Source of the DNA: Opitutia bacterium
Lineage (GTDB): Bacteria > Verrucomicrobiota > Verrucomicrobiia > Opitutales > Opitutaceae
Assembly (NCBI GenBank): GCA_947478395.1
Contig: CANJVR010000001.1
Coordinates: forward strand, 160,001-224,000
DNA: 64,000 bases
Reading direction: 5' to 3'
The position numbers and the translations under genes are program-made. This document shows, one piece after another, positions 11,043-20,942 of this stretch. The first letter of the stretch is position 1. Each line of letters begins with the position of its first letter. Below the pieces are notes generated by a model, which saw only the letters and a list, made by a program, of their open reading frames with translations, ran no database searches and was not told the origin of the DNA.

Positions 11043-11502
11043 GGGAACGCTAATCTTCGCTAATGAACGCTAATCTCATGAAACCGGAAATCTATAGGGA
11101 GGAGGGATACAAATTCATGGGCGCGGCATTCGAGGTCTACAACGACCGCGGTTACGGTATGGCGGAGGAGATTTACCAAGAGTGCTTGGAGATCGAACTG
11201 GAGCTACGGGCCTTCCCGTTCCATTCCAAACAAGAGCTGGTCAGTTTCTATAAAGGCCGCGAACTCAAGAAGGCGCTACCTGCCCGACCTGTTCGTATTT
11301 GGCTGCCTCGTCGTGGAACTAAAGGCCGTCACTCAATTCACTCCCGACCACGAGGCCCAACTCTACAATTACCTCCGCCTCACGCGTCAGCCCGTCGGGT
11401 ACCTCATCAACTTCGGACACAAGGACGCCCTCGAATGGAAGCGTCTCATCCTCTCCGAGTTCATTCCGTCATCAGCGCAGATTAGCGCAGATTAGCGTTC
11501 CC
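11043..11502 (+). mobile_element. GxxExxY cassette 1 bounded by 32-bp inverted repeats (3x10-nt cgctaatct units)
   Basis: gggaacgctaatcttcgctaatgaacgctaat versus atcagcgcagattagcgcagattagcgttccc (27/32 complementary); fills the junction between two permease genes. Confidence 0.6.
11078..11495 (+). pseudogene. GxxExxY (PD-(D/E)xK-like) protein with a +1 frameshift
   Basis: GAAFEVYNDRGYGMAEEIYQECLEIEL, an extra G at ~11273, then the other frame reads RYLPDLFVFGCLVVELKA...HEAQLYNYLR...GYLINFG. Confidence 0.85.
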
Positions 11503-11503
11503 A

Positions 11504-12559
11504 ATGTCTTCTCCTCCCCAAGCCCGCGATTGGAAAGCCCTGCTCCTCCGCCATGAGTTACTGCTCCTCTACGTGCTGATCGGCGAGTGGCTGTTTTTCT
11601 ATTTCCGCGGCACGACCACCAACTTCAGCGGCCAGACCGTCGGCTTCGGCACGGCCGGCGCGCAAATCGACATCCTCCGGCACTCCTGCGAAATCGGGCT
11701 GCTCGCGCTCGTGATGACACCCGTGATTCTCACCGGCGGCATCGACCTCTCGGTCGGTTCGCTCATGGGCCTGAGCGCCGTGGTCTTCGGTAAACTCTGG
11801 CGCGACGCCGGCGTGCCGATCCCAGCGGCCATCGCGGCGACGCTCGCCCTCGGGGCTCTCGCCGGAGGACTCAACGCCACCCTGATCACTTGGCTGCGTT
11901 TACCCCCGCTTATCGTCACGCTCGGGACGTTTTCACTCTTCCGCGGTTTGGCCGAAGCGATCACGCATGGCGCCGACACGTTCACCGGTTTTCCCGCGGG
12001 ATTTCAAGCGATCGGGCAGGAAAACTGGTTCGGGCTGCCCGCGCAGTTACTCGTTTTCGTCGTCGTCGCGCTCGCCGTTTGGCTGCTCGTGCATCGTACC
12101 ACGCTAGGCCGCTCTTTCCGCGCCATCGGATATTCACCGGAAGGCGCGCGTTACGCCGGTCTGCCGGTGGCACGCCGGCTCGCAACCGTTTATGTCCTGG
12201 CCGGCCTCGGCGCTGCGCTCGCGGGCTTGGTCTTCACCGCGCGGCTCAACCAAGCGGGCGCCAACACGGGTACCGGCTACGAGCTGTTCGCGATCACCGC
12301 GGTCGTGCTCGGCGGAACGAGTATCTTCGGCGGGAACGGCGGCGTGCACGGCACGTTGCTGGGCTGGGCGGCCGTCGCGGTATTGAGCGACAGCCTGCCT
12401 TACGTGGATTGGCCGCGCGAGGTCGGCGGGATGCTCACGGGCCTCATGCTCATCGTTGCCCTCTCCGCCGGCGTGCTGCCTAAATTCTTGTCAGCTTGGC
12501 GCGCCCGCCGCCACACTCTTTCACCCTCAGCAATCCCTCCAACCTCCCCCGCCCCATGA
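11504..12559 (+). CDS. Sugar ABC transporter permease
   Basis: TGGIDLSVGS, PPLIVTLGT, YELFAITAVVLGGTSIFGG. Confidence 0.92.
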   Translation: MSSPPQARDWKALLLRHELLLLYVLIGEWLFFYFRGTTTNFSGQTVGFGTAGAQIDILRHSCEIGLLALVMTPVILTGGIDLSVGSLMGLSAVVFGKLWRDAGVPIPAAIAATLALGALAGGLNATLITWLRLPPLIVTLGTFSLFRGLAEAITHGADTFTGFPAGFQAIGQENWFGLPAQLLVFVVVALAVWLLVHRTTLGRSFRAIGYSPEGARYAGLPVARRLATVYVLAGLGAALAGLVFTARLNQAGANTGTGYELFAITAVVLGGTSIFGGNGGVHGTLLGWAAVAVLSDSLPYVDWPREVGGMLTGLMLIVALSAGVLPKFLSAWRARRHTLSPSAIPPTSPAP

Positions 12560-13557
12560 AACGTCTCCTCCTCCTTTCCCTGGTCTCGGCCAGTTTGATT
12601 CTTTCCGGCTGCGGAAAGAAAGATGCCGCCAGCGCCGGCGCCCCTGCCGGCGCCAAGAAACTCACCGTCGCGATGCTGCCCAAATCGAAGGGCAACGCCT
12701 ATTTCCTCTCGGCCGCCAAGGGCGCGCAAAAAACCGCCGATGCGCTGGGCGATGCCCTGCTCTTCGACGGCCCCACGCAGACCGATCCCGCGAAACAAAA
12801 TGAAATCGTCGAGGGCTGGATCAACAAAGGCGTCGACGCGATCGCCGTCGCCGCGGAAGACAAAGCCGCGTTGTCCACCGCACTCCGTAAGGCCCAGCTC
12901 AAGGGCATCAAGGTTGTCAGCTTCGATGCCGACGTGCAGGCCGACGCCCGGACGTTCTTCGTGAACCAAGCCACGCCCCAAGGCATCGGCTCAACCCTGA
13001 TGGACGAAGCGGCGCGCCTCGTCGGTAGCGAGGGCGAATTCGCGATCATCACCGCATCGCTCACCGCCGCGAATCAGAACGAGTGGAAAAAGTACATCGA
13101 CGAGCGCCTGAAGAATTACCCGAAGATGAAGCTCGTCGGCTTCCGCCCCTGCGACGACGACAAGGCCAAGGCCCAGGCCGAAGCCACGACGTTGATGAGC
13201 GCGAACCCCAACTTGAAACTCATCATGGCCATCTGCTCGCCTGGCGTCCCCGGCGCGGCCGAAGCCGTCAAACAGGCCGGCAAGTCTGGCAAGGTAAAGG
13301 TCATCGGCCTCGGTCTGCCCAACGAAAACAAAACCTACGTCCACGAGGGCGTAACCGATAGCGTCATCCTCTGGAACACCGAGGAACTGGGCTCGCTCGC
13401 GGTCTACGCCGCGGACGCACTCGCCAAGGGCACGCTGAAGGCCGGCGACAAAACGTTTACCGTCGGTGGCAAAACCTACGAAATTTCCGGTGACAACATC
13501 ATGCTCGGAAAACCGTTCATCTTTAACAAAGCCAACATCGACCAGTTTAATTTCTGA
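12556..13557 (+). CDS. Sugar ABC substrate-binding lipoprotein (rhamnose/LsrB-like)
   Basis: Lipobox LSGC, PKSKGNAYF, NQNEW, GLGLPNE, LWN, NIDQFNF; ATGA overlap with permease. Confidence 0.88.
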   Translation: MKRLLLLSLVSASLILSGCGKKDAASAGAPAGAKKLTVAMLPKSKGNAYFLSAAKGAQKTADALGDALLFDGPTQTDPAKQNEIVEGWINKGVDAIAVAAEDKAALSTALRKAQLKGIKVVSFDADVQADARTFFVNQATPQGIGSTLMDEAARLVGSEGEFAIITASLTAANQNEWKKYIDERLKNYPKMKLVGFRPCDDDKAKAQAEATTLMSANPNLKLIMAICSPGVPGAAEAVKQAGKSGKVKVIGLGLPNENKTYVHEGVTDSVILWNTEELGSLAVYAADALAKGTLKAGDKTFTVGGKTYEISGDNIMLGKPFIFNKANIDQFNF

Positions 13558-13583
13558 GTCGGAAGTTTCGGCTTACGCCGTTG

Positions 13584-13614
13584 CGCCGCACCTATACGGT
13601 GCGGCGTTTTTTTT
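13584..13614 (+). terminator. Rho-independent terminator
   Basis: cgccgcacc-tatac-ggtgcggcg followed by T8. Confidence 0.85.
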
Positions 13615-13695
13615 GAGTCACGCGGAGATCCAACTCGCGCCGGAGATTTCGGAGCGCGGTCCCGCCAAGACGGGACTCGCGCTGCCTGGTGCCAC

Positions 13696-15063
13696 TCAGG
13701 CCTTGGCGAATACCTGATCGAGCTTGCCTGAGCTATCGCCGATTTTTTCGGTCTTCACGCCGCCGAAATCGAGGACCGAGCGGTAAAGATTCGAGAGGGG
13801 CGTCAGGCGCTCGACTTGAACGTGCTGGCCGGACTTCACGGCGCCACCGCCGCCGCCCGCGAGGAGAATGGGGAGATCCTCGACGCTGTGGGCGTTGGGA
13901 TTGCTCAGGCCACTGCCGTATTGAATCATGCAGTTATCAAGGACGGTGCCGTCGCCTTCCTTGATGGCCTTCAAACGGTCGAGGAAACGGGCGAACTGCG
14001 TGGTGTGGTAACGATTAATCTGCGCGAGTTTATTTTTCTTCTCCGCGTCGTTGCGGTGATGCGAAAGGTCGTGGTGGCCTTCGCGAATTCCGATCACCGG
14101 ATACGGCCGGTTGCTGCCATCGTGCGAGATGACAAACGTCGCGATGCGGGTCGAATCCGTCTGGAAAGCCAGCGCCAGCACGTCGTACATGAGCTGCATC
14201 TGTTGCTCAAAATTCTCGACCATTTCAGGCGCTTCGGCCCCAGCCGGAGGCTTGGGGGTCGGAAACTGCGCGGCACGCGCGATCCGGGTTTCAAGGTCAC
14301 GCACGGCCGTCAAATATTCGTCGAGCTTGCGACGGTCAGCGACGTCGAGCCGTTTTTCCAAACGGTGCGCATCGTCGAGCACGTAATCGAGAACGCTCTT
14401 GCGATACAGGGACCGGCGCACGCTCGCCTCCAGCGTTGCCGCTGGGTCGCCGCTGCCGAACAGGCGCTCAAACGCCGAACGCGGATTTACCTCGGGGTTC
14501 ATCGGCTGCGTCTCGGTTTTCCACGACATGTTGAACTGATAAACGCAACTGTAGCCTGAATCACACGAGCCCGCGCGCTGGCCGGCGTCGCAACTGAGCT
14601 CGAGCGATGGCAGCCGGGTCTGATCGCCGATCTGGCCGGCCGCAATCTGGTCCACCGAAACACCTGCCTTGATGTCGGCGCCCGCCGTCTTGCGCGGGTG
14701 CACGCCGGTGAGAAAAGACGCCGCCGCACGCGCGTGGCCGCCACCACCATCACCGAGCGCCTCGCCCATCGCGTTTTGCAGCCCGCTGATCACCGTGAGT
14801 TTCTCACGATGTGCCTCGAGCGGCTTAAGAATCATCGGCATCTCATAGCTCGCTCCGGTGGTCGCCGGCGTCCAGTCCGCCATGTTGGCGCCGTTCGGCA
14901 CGTAGACCCACGCCATGCGTTTCGGATAAACTTTCGGCGCGGCCGCGGCCGCGCCGAACACGCGCGCCGGGAACATCGAGTCGAGCATCGGCAACGCGAC
15001 CGCGGTGCCGAGTCCACGGAGAAAAGTACGGCGCGGAACTTGAAACGAAGGGAGGGTGCTCAT
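13696..15063 (-). CDS. DUF1552 protein (Tat-like signal)
   Basis: RRTFLRGLG..VALPMLDSM, YVPNG, SVDQIAA, LPSLEL, CDSGYSCVY, HHDLSHH. Confidence 0.9.
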   Translation of the reverse strand: MSTLPSFQVPRRTFLRGLGTAVALPMLDSMFPARVFGAAAAAPKVYPKRMAWVYVPNGANMADWTPATTGASYEMPMILKPLEAHREKLTVISGLQNAMGEALGDGGGGHARAAASFLTGVHPRKTAGADIKAGVSVDQIAAGQIGDQTRLPSLELSCDAGQRAGSCDSGYSCVYQFNMSWKTETQPMNPEVNPRSAFERLFGSGDPAATLEASVRRSLYRKSVLDYVLDDAHRLEKRLDVADRRKLDEYLTAVRDLETRIARAAQFPTPKPPAGAEAPEMVENFEQQMQLMYDVLALAFQTDSTRIATFVISHDGSNRPYPVIGIREGHHDLSHHRNDAEKKNKLAQINRYHTTQFARFLDRLKAIKEGDGTVLDNCMIQYGSGLSNPNAHSVEDLPILLAGGGGGAVKSGQHVQVERLTPLSNLYRSVLDFGGVKTEKIGDSSGKLDQVFAKA

Positions 15064-15176
15064 GGGAAACGTGGGTTTTCTAGCGATTTATCTTAAAAGG
15101 GTCCAAACTGACTTATCCTGGCGAGGTGCCGAAGAGCGACTCGCCATGACGAACAATGGAAGCGCGAAACGTTGAA

Positions 15177-18083
15177 TTATTGCGCGGCGAGCGAAGTCTT
15201 TTCGGGCGTGCCGCGTTGCATCTGAAACGGAAAACTATCGGTCACGGCGAGCACGAGACTGGAGAACTTATCCTGGCCCTGCTCCATCGACTTTACGATT
15301 TTCTCCAGCGCCGGGCGGTCGTAGACTTCGGTGCCGCGGCCCAAGGCGTAGGTCAGCATCTTTTCGGCGAGGCATTGGCGGAATTCCTTTTGACGTTTAG
15401 TGGCCAGCACCGAAACGAGTTCCCCGGCGCCCGCGAAGACATCGCCGGTCGTAAGCTTACCGGCGGGATCGATCGCCGCTTCGCCATCTTTTTCGCGGTA
15501 AGCTCCGATGGCGTTGAAATTCTCCAGCCCAAACCCGATCGGGTCCATGCGCGCATGGCACGAGGCACAAACCGCGTTGGCGCGGTGCTGTTCCATTTGC
15601 TGACGCAGCGTGCCGGCGAGCTTGCGTTCCTTGTCGTCCAGTTCCGGCACATTCGGCGGCGGCGGTGGCGGCGGCGTACCGAGCAGGTTATCGAGCACCC
15701 ACTTGCCCCGCTTTACCGGCGACGTGCGCGTGGGATTAGAAGTCAACGTCAGCACGCTCGCTTGCGTGAGCACGCCGCGACGCGGGGTGCCGGCGAGCGA
15801 AACCTTGCGAAATTCATCCCCGTTCATCTCCGGCAAACCGTAGAACTTGGCCAGGCGGGAATTCACGAAAGTGTAATCGCCCGTGAGGAAATCGAAAACG
15901 CTACGATCTTCGCGCATCACGTTTTCGAAAAACAGCTCAGTTTCACGCTGCATCGCGATCCGGAGCGGCGGGTCAAATTCCGGGAAAAGCTTCTTGTCCG
16001 GCTGGAAGGTTTCGAGATTGCGAGTCTGCAACCACTGGCCGGCAAAATTTTCGACGAGCGCGCTGGCTTTGGGCGAAGCCAGCATGCGCTTGACCTGGGC
16101 GGAGAGGTTGGCGCGCAGCTGCCCGCGTTCCGCGAGATTCAACAACTCGTCGTCGGGCATTGAACTCCAAAGGAAATACGAAAGGCGAGACGCGAGAGCC
16201 ATGTCTTGCAGAGGGCGCGGCTCTTTCGAAGCAACCACGGGCGTCCGAGTTTCACCCAGAAAGAGAAAATGGGGCGAAACGAGCACGGCTTTCATCGCGA
16301 GTTTTACGCCCGCTTCGAAACTGTCGCCCTGTTGGCGCGCCAGATCGTAGAGTTTCATCAGTCGGTCCAGCTCCGTTGGCTCGACCGGACCGCGCCAGGC
16401 GCGGCGCGAGAATTCCGCCAAAATATTGCGGGCGTTTTCCGCCGGCGTGGCGGCTTTGGCTTCGTTCCCCGCGAGGCGAGCGAGCAAGCCGGGCTTGGCG
16501 GCCGGCGCGCTGCGCTTCACGAAAAGATCGCGCACAGGATCCGGCATGGGCGGAATCAATACCGACTCGCCGAGCTGGGAAACTTCAAGGTGCTGCACGA
16601 TCAAATTCCGATCGCGCAAATTCGGGTTCTTGTTTTCCAGGTCCTCAAAATCGTTGGTGAAGGCCGCCGCGAAGCGGTGCGAGCCCGCGGGCAGCTTGGC
16701 GCGGTACTCGTAAACGTAAGGCTGCGGTACGAGCAGCGAGAGGGAAAACACGCGCTGCCCGGGTATGGGCTGCATGGTGGCGGACCCAATCACTTCGAAC
16801 GTCTTGACGGGCTTGCCGTCGACGCGGAATTCCATCTTCGCCGTCTCCGGACCGGCCTGTTGCGCGTAGGCCTGTGCGCGCAGAATGACCTCGGTCTCGC
16901 GCGGCAATTCGAACGCGGTCGCGACTTCGCCTTCCTTTTTGAGCAGGCGTTCACCGGCGGGCGTGAAGCGACCTTCACCCGTGACCTCAATTTTGTCGGC
17001 GGGATAACGGCGCGTGGCGGACTGCAACGGACCTTCGATCTCGAGCCATTTCACAAAAACGATCCCCGGCTGTTGTTTGCCGAGGCGACCGTTGAGCATG
17101 GTGAGCTCATTGTCGCCGCCATGGATGCGGCCCACCGAGGCGCGGAAATATTGGCGCCCAGTTGGCACGCTCACGCGCGCTTCGTAAACGCCGGGATGGG
17201 CTTCATCGCGCGTCAGGTCGAAAGATTGAACAAACGCATCGTTTACCAGGATCGAAATTTTTGTCGGACCTGGGTCTTCTTTGTTTTCCACTTTTTTCTC
17301 GCTGCCCTGGCCCGCCAAGGCACCGCCGTCCTTGGTCGAAAACGCCTGCACGCGCACGAGGTATTCACCGCCGACCACGTTGAGTGGCACGGCCACGTCG
17401 TCTTCCTCAAGACTGATAAGTTGAACCCAACCATCACCCCGATCGCCGACGGCGTTGAAACCGATCTCCGCCATGCTGGCCGGGATGTGCTTTAGCTGCG
17501 TCTTGATCGGATCGGTGACGATGGCCTGGTCGAGAATCTTGTCCGCCGCCGCGAGGTATTTTTCCAACAGCACGGGCGGTAGGGAAAGCACGTCGCCGAT
17601 GTTGTCGAAACCATAGCCGGAATCATCCGGCGGGAAATCGCTCGCGGTCCTGAAATCCACGCCGACGAGATCGCGAATGGTGGCGTTGTATTCCGCGCGG
17701 TTGATCCGGCGCAGGGTGACCTTGCCCGGATCGGGACGAGCGGGATCAAAATGGTATAGCTCCTTCTCCAGCCAACTGGTGATGACATCGCGTTCCGCTT
17801 GCGTGGGGAACAAGTCCGTGTCCCCGGTCGGGGGCATGTCCTGCGAGCGCACGTTGCGCAACACCGCTTCCCATGTCGCCTTCTTTTGGCTCACATCGGC
17901 CGCACTTTTGGTTTCGTCGAGTGCGATTTTGCCTTTGTGCGCTCCGTCGCCATGGCAGTCGTAACAGTACTTCTGCAGCAGCGGAACCACATCGTGGTCG
18001 AACGTGGTTTCTTTCGCTGGGGCGACCGTCGTCGCGGCGCGGGCGACGGCGGCAACGGCAAGGGCGGCGATGAGTGGACGCAT
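15177..18083 (-). CDS. DUF1592/1587/1588/1595/1585 protein with cytochrome c motifs
   Basis: Signal peptide, CYDCH, RRINRAEYNATIRDL, ASRLSYFLWSSMPD, TSPVKRGKWVL, CASCH. Confidence 0.9.
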   Translation of the reverse strand: MRPLIAALAVAAVARAATTVAPAKETTFDHDVVPLLQKYCYDCHGDGAHKGKIALDETKSAADVSQKKATWEAVLRNVRSQDMPPTGDTDLFPTQAERDVITSWLEKELYHFDPARPDPGKVTLRRINRAEYNATIRDLVGVDFRTASDFPPDDSGYGFDNIGDVLSLPPVLLEKYLAAADKILDQAIVTDPIKTQLKHIPASMAEIGFNAVGDRGDGWVQLISLEEDDVAVPLNVVGGEYLVRVQAFSTKDGGALAGQGSEKKVENKEDPGPTKISILVNDAFVQSFDLTRDEAHPGVYEARVSVPTGRQYFRASVGRIHGGDNELTMLNGRLGKQQPGIVFVKWLEIEGPLQSATRRYPADKIEVTGEGRFTPAGERLLKKEGEVATAFELPRETEVILRAQAYAQQAGPETAKMEFRVDGKPVKTFEVIGSATMQPIPGQRVFSLSLLVPQPYVYEYRAKLPAGSHRFAAAFTNDFEDLENKNPNLRDRNLIVQHLEVSQLGESVLIPPMPDPVRDLFVKRSAPAAKPGLLARLAGNEAKAATPAENARNILAEFSRRAWRGPVEPTELDRLMKLYDLARQQGDSFEAGVKLAMKAVLVSPHFLFLGETRTPVVASKEPRPLQDMALASRLSYFLWSSMPDDELLNLAERGQLRANLSAQVKRMLASPKASALVENFAGQWLQTRNLETFQPDKKLFPEFDPPLRIAMQRETELFFENVMREDRSVFDFLTGDYTFVNSRLAKFYGLPEMNGDEFRKVSLAGTPRRGVLTQASVLTLTSNPTRTSPVKRGKWVLDNLLGTPPPPPPPNVPELDDKERKLAGTLRQQMEQHRANAVCASCHARMDPIGFGLENFNAIGAYREKDGEAAIDPAGKLTTGDVFAGAGELVSVLATKRQKEFRQCLAEKMLTYALGRGTEVYDRPALEKIVKSMEQGQDKFSSLVLAVTDSFPFQMQRGTPEKTSLAAQ

Positions 18084-18088
18084 GAAAA

Positions 18089-19066
18089 TTAGTTTTTAAG
18101 GAAACCACGGTCACCGAGCCATTCGGTGAAACGGCTGGACCAGCCGGTGACGGCCATGTCGCGTTGACGCACGCCGAACCCGTGGCCGCCGCTGTTGTAG
18201 ATGTGGAGTTCGGCGTTAACGCCGGCCTTGTGCAGCACGGTCAGAAAAGCAGCCATGGCTTCCGGCATACTATCGTCGTAAGCGCAGCAGAGAAAACAGG
18301 GCGGGATATTATCCTTTTTGATCTCGGCATCGTAGCGCGTGAAGCCGCCGGTGTAGATCGGGGCGAAGAAATCGGGGCGTGAGGACTGACGCTCCACCAG
18401 ATCGGCGGAGTCGGGCTTGCCGGCATCGTGGCGCATCGCCGCGGCGAGCGTAACGCCACCACCGGCCGAGAAACCGAGAATGCCAACGCGGTCGGGCTTG
18501 ACGCCCCACTCGGTCGCCCGGGCGCGCACTAGGCGGATCGCCCGGTGCGCATCTTCTGCCGCCATTTCCTGAGTGTAGGGCTGCGGCTTGTCCGCCGGAT
18601 TCGAAAGATCGCGCACCAGCCGATACTTCAGAACAAACGCCGCGATGCCGCGATCCGCCAGCATGCGGGCAAAGTCGTAGCCTTCGCGATCGATCGTGTG
18701 AAACCAGTTACCGCCGCCGGGAGCGATGATGACCGCCGCGCCGGTCGCCTTACCCTTTGCCGGGATAAACGGGGTGATCGAGGGATTGTTGATGTTAGAG
18801 ATAACCGCGAAAACGATTTCCTTTTCCTGACGGTAGCTGACGTGCTCCGGCTCGTCTTTGCGTGCTTCGAAACCAGGTGCACCTTTGGGCCAGAGCGGAA
18901 CGGGCGCAGGATGGGCCGACTCCGACGGAGGGACGGTTGGAAAAGCCGGACCGCCAGCCGTGATGTTCATTGGAGCCGGAGGAACGACTTTCGGCGCCGG
19001 CATTTCAGCGGCAAAAGCGGTTATTCCAGCGAACATGAATGGGGCAATAAAGCGAAGCGAGGTCAT
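18089..19066 (-). CDS. Secreted alpha/beta hydrolase (carbohydrate esterase-like)
   Basis: PGGG oxyanion, GFSAGG nucleophile, GGHGFG. Confidence 0.88.
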   Translation of the reverse strand: MTSLRFIAPFMFAGITAFAAEMPAPKVVPPAPMNITAGGPAFPTVPPSESAHPAPVPLWPKGAPGFEARKDEPEHVSYRQEKEIVFAVISNINNPSITPFIPAKGKATGAAVIIAPGGGNWFHTIDREGYDFARMLADRGIAAFVLKYRLVRDLSNPADKPQPYTQEMAAEDAHRAIRLVRARATEWGVKPDRVGILGFSAGGGVTLAAAMRHDAGKPDSADLVERQSSRPDFFAPIYTGGFTRYDAEIKKDNIPPCFLCCAYDDSMPEAMAAFLTVLHKAGVNAELHIYNSGGHGFGVRQRDMAVTGWSSRFTEWLGDRGFLKN

Positions 19067-19132
19067 GGGGTCAGGGGATGGGTGAAGCAGGGAAACAAGG
19101 CGCGAAAAATTGGCAAACGGGAGGAATAAATA

Positions 19133-20026
19133 TTAGGGCGTGGCAGCGCCAAGGAATTTTTGTTGGAAAAGAAATTCCCGGAAGCGATCCGGCCAGCCGG
19201 CCAGGGGCATTTTGCTGTTCGGCTTCAGCGTCTCTCTAATCCCGAAACCGTGTCCGACCCCCGCGTAGACATGAAGGTCGCACTGCACGCCGACCTGCTT
19301 GAACAAGGCGTAAACCTTGGGCACGCCCTCGGAAATATCAGGCCGGTCATTATATCCGCAGGCAAAAAACGTCGGCGGCGACTCTTTCGTCGGAATGATC
19401 AGAGCCGATTTCCCGGGGTAAACCAGCCCCTCGAAATCGATTTTTGTGCCAGAGCGTTCGATGAGGTCAGCCGAATCAGCGACGCCAGCCTGCGGATGCA
19501 TCATGACTTGAGCAATGATCTCACCGCCGGCCGAGAATCCGATCATGCCGATGGCCGACGGATTAAGGCCCCACTCCTGGGCGCGGCTGCGCACCAGCCG
19601 AACCGCGCGCTGACCGTCGGCGACACCGTGCACGTCCCATTTATAAGGTTGAGGCGTGCCAGCGGGATTCGATTCGTCGTTACCGAGACGATGACGCAAA
19701 ACGAACGCTGCGACGCCGCGGTCGGCGAGCCACTGGGCCACATCGTCGCCTTCGTTAGCTAAAGTTAGAAAACGATGACCGCCGCCCGGCACGACGATGA
19801 CACCGCACCCCGTCGCCGTCCCTTTCGCGGGCAGGTAAACCGTGAGCGACGGATGGTGAATATTGCTCAGCCCGCCATTGGCGTTGCGTTTTTCAGGCTC
19901 ATCCTTGCGCGCTTCGGAACCCGGCGCACCCGCCGTCCAGAGCGGAATGAGCGGATGCGAATCGGCGCCAGCTAGGCGCGCAAAGGCCAAAACGACGGGC
20001 ACTAGAAAACGGAACGGTAGCTTCAT
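19133..20026 (-). CDS. Secreted alpha/beta hydrolase, tandem paralogue
   Basis: PGGGH, GFSAGG, GHGFG; signal peptide. Confidence 0.88.
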   Translation of the reverse strand: MKLPFRFLVPVVLAFARLAGADSHPLIPLWTAGAPGSEARKDEPEKRNANGGLSNIHHPSLTVYLPAKGTATGCGVIVVPGGGHRFLTLANEGDDVAQWLADRGVAAFVLRHRLGNDESNPAGTPQPYKWDVHGVADGQRAVRLVRSRAQEWGLNPSAIGMIGFSAGGEIIAQVMMHPQAGVADSADLIERSGTKIDFEGLVYPGKSALIIPTKESPPTFFACGYNDRPDISEGVPKVYALFKQVGVQCDLHVYAGVGHGFGIRETLKPNSKMPLAGWPDRFREFLFQQKFLGAATP

Positions 20027-20115
20027 GGGGGAGAGACGGGGGGTGAAATCGACGACCGAGACCCCTTACTCATGCCCACAAGCCCGCGCAAAGAAACGGG
20101 CCGGAAACTGGACGG

Positions 20116-20904
20116 TCAGGCGCCGAGCTTCTTCTTCGCGGCTTCCGGGACTTCGATTTTCGTGGTGCCGATGTCCTTGATCTCGGTCGTCGTGGTCCGG
20201 TCGGTGTCACGCGGACCGTTGCGACCTTCGACCGTGCCTTTGACGTGCAGCTCGTATTTCGCGAGCGCACCGTCCTTCAGCCAAAATTTAACCGAGCCCA
20301 TTGCGTTCGTGGGGGCAGCCGGCGCTTGGCCGCCACCGAAACCACGACCACCGCCCATGGCGAGGCGTTGGCCCACGGCCGTCGCGTTCAGATCGCCCAC
20401 GAGCACGCCATCGACCGCCTTAAGTTCTTTCACTTCGGTCAGGAGTGCCTCGACATCGTCGGCCGGGGCCGCACCGCCGCCGAACATTCCAAATCCACCG
20501 CCGCCGGCGCGTCCGCCTTGACCACCAGGACCGCCGGGTGCGCCACCTGCGCCGCCGCCGGGACCGCCCGCGCCGCCGAACTGGGCCCGCATCTCGTCCA
20601 TGGTCATCCAGTCGCCGCCCTGCGGGTTCTGCATCACGATGGTGTCGCCCTTGCGCAAGGTCTGCATCGCGCCGTTGGGGGTTTCGCGCGTGGTGATCGA
20701 AACGCCGCCTTTCTCCGCTTTACCGGAAGTGGCTCCACCGCCGAAGCCTCCCTGCCCTCCCGCATTTTCCGTGGTCGTGGACCAGCTATAATTTGGAGCA
20801 TCGGAAAGTTTCTTGGCGGCCGCTTTGAGATCGTCGACAGGAGCAGCGTGGGAAAACGCCGCGAACGCAGCGGCGGCAAACGTGGAGACAAGGATTTTGT
20901 TCAT
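20116..20904 (-). CDS. Secreted Gly-rich hypothetical protein
   Basis: Signal peptide MNKILVSTFAAAAFAAFSHA; GGRG-rich loops; C-terminal DIGTTKIEVPEAAKKKL. Confidence 0.75.
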   Translation of the reverse strand: MNKILVSTFAAAAFAAFSHAAPVDDLKAAAKKLSDAPNYSWSTTTENAGGQGGFGGGATSGKAEKGGVSITTRETPNGAMQTLRKGDTIVMQNPQGGDWMTMDEMRAQFGGAGGPGGGAGGAPGGPGGQGGRAGGGGFGMFGGGAAPADDVEALLTEVKELKAVDGVLVGDLNATAVGQRLAMGGGRGFGGGQAPAAPTNAMGSVKFWLKDGALAKYELHVKGTVEGRNGPRDTDRTTTTEIKDIGTTKIEVPEAAKKKLGA

Positions 20905-20942
20905 GGGAGCTTTCGGGGTTGGAGTTCGGAAATCGCCAAGCG

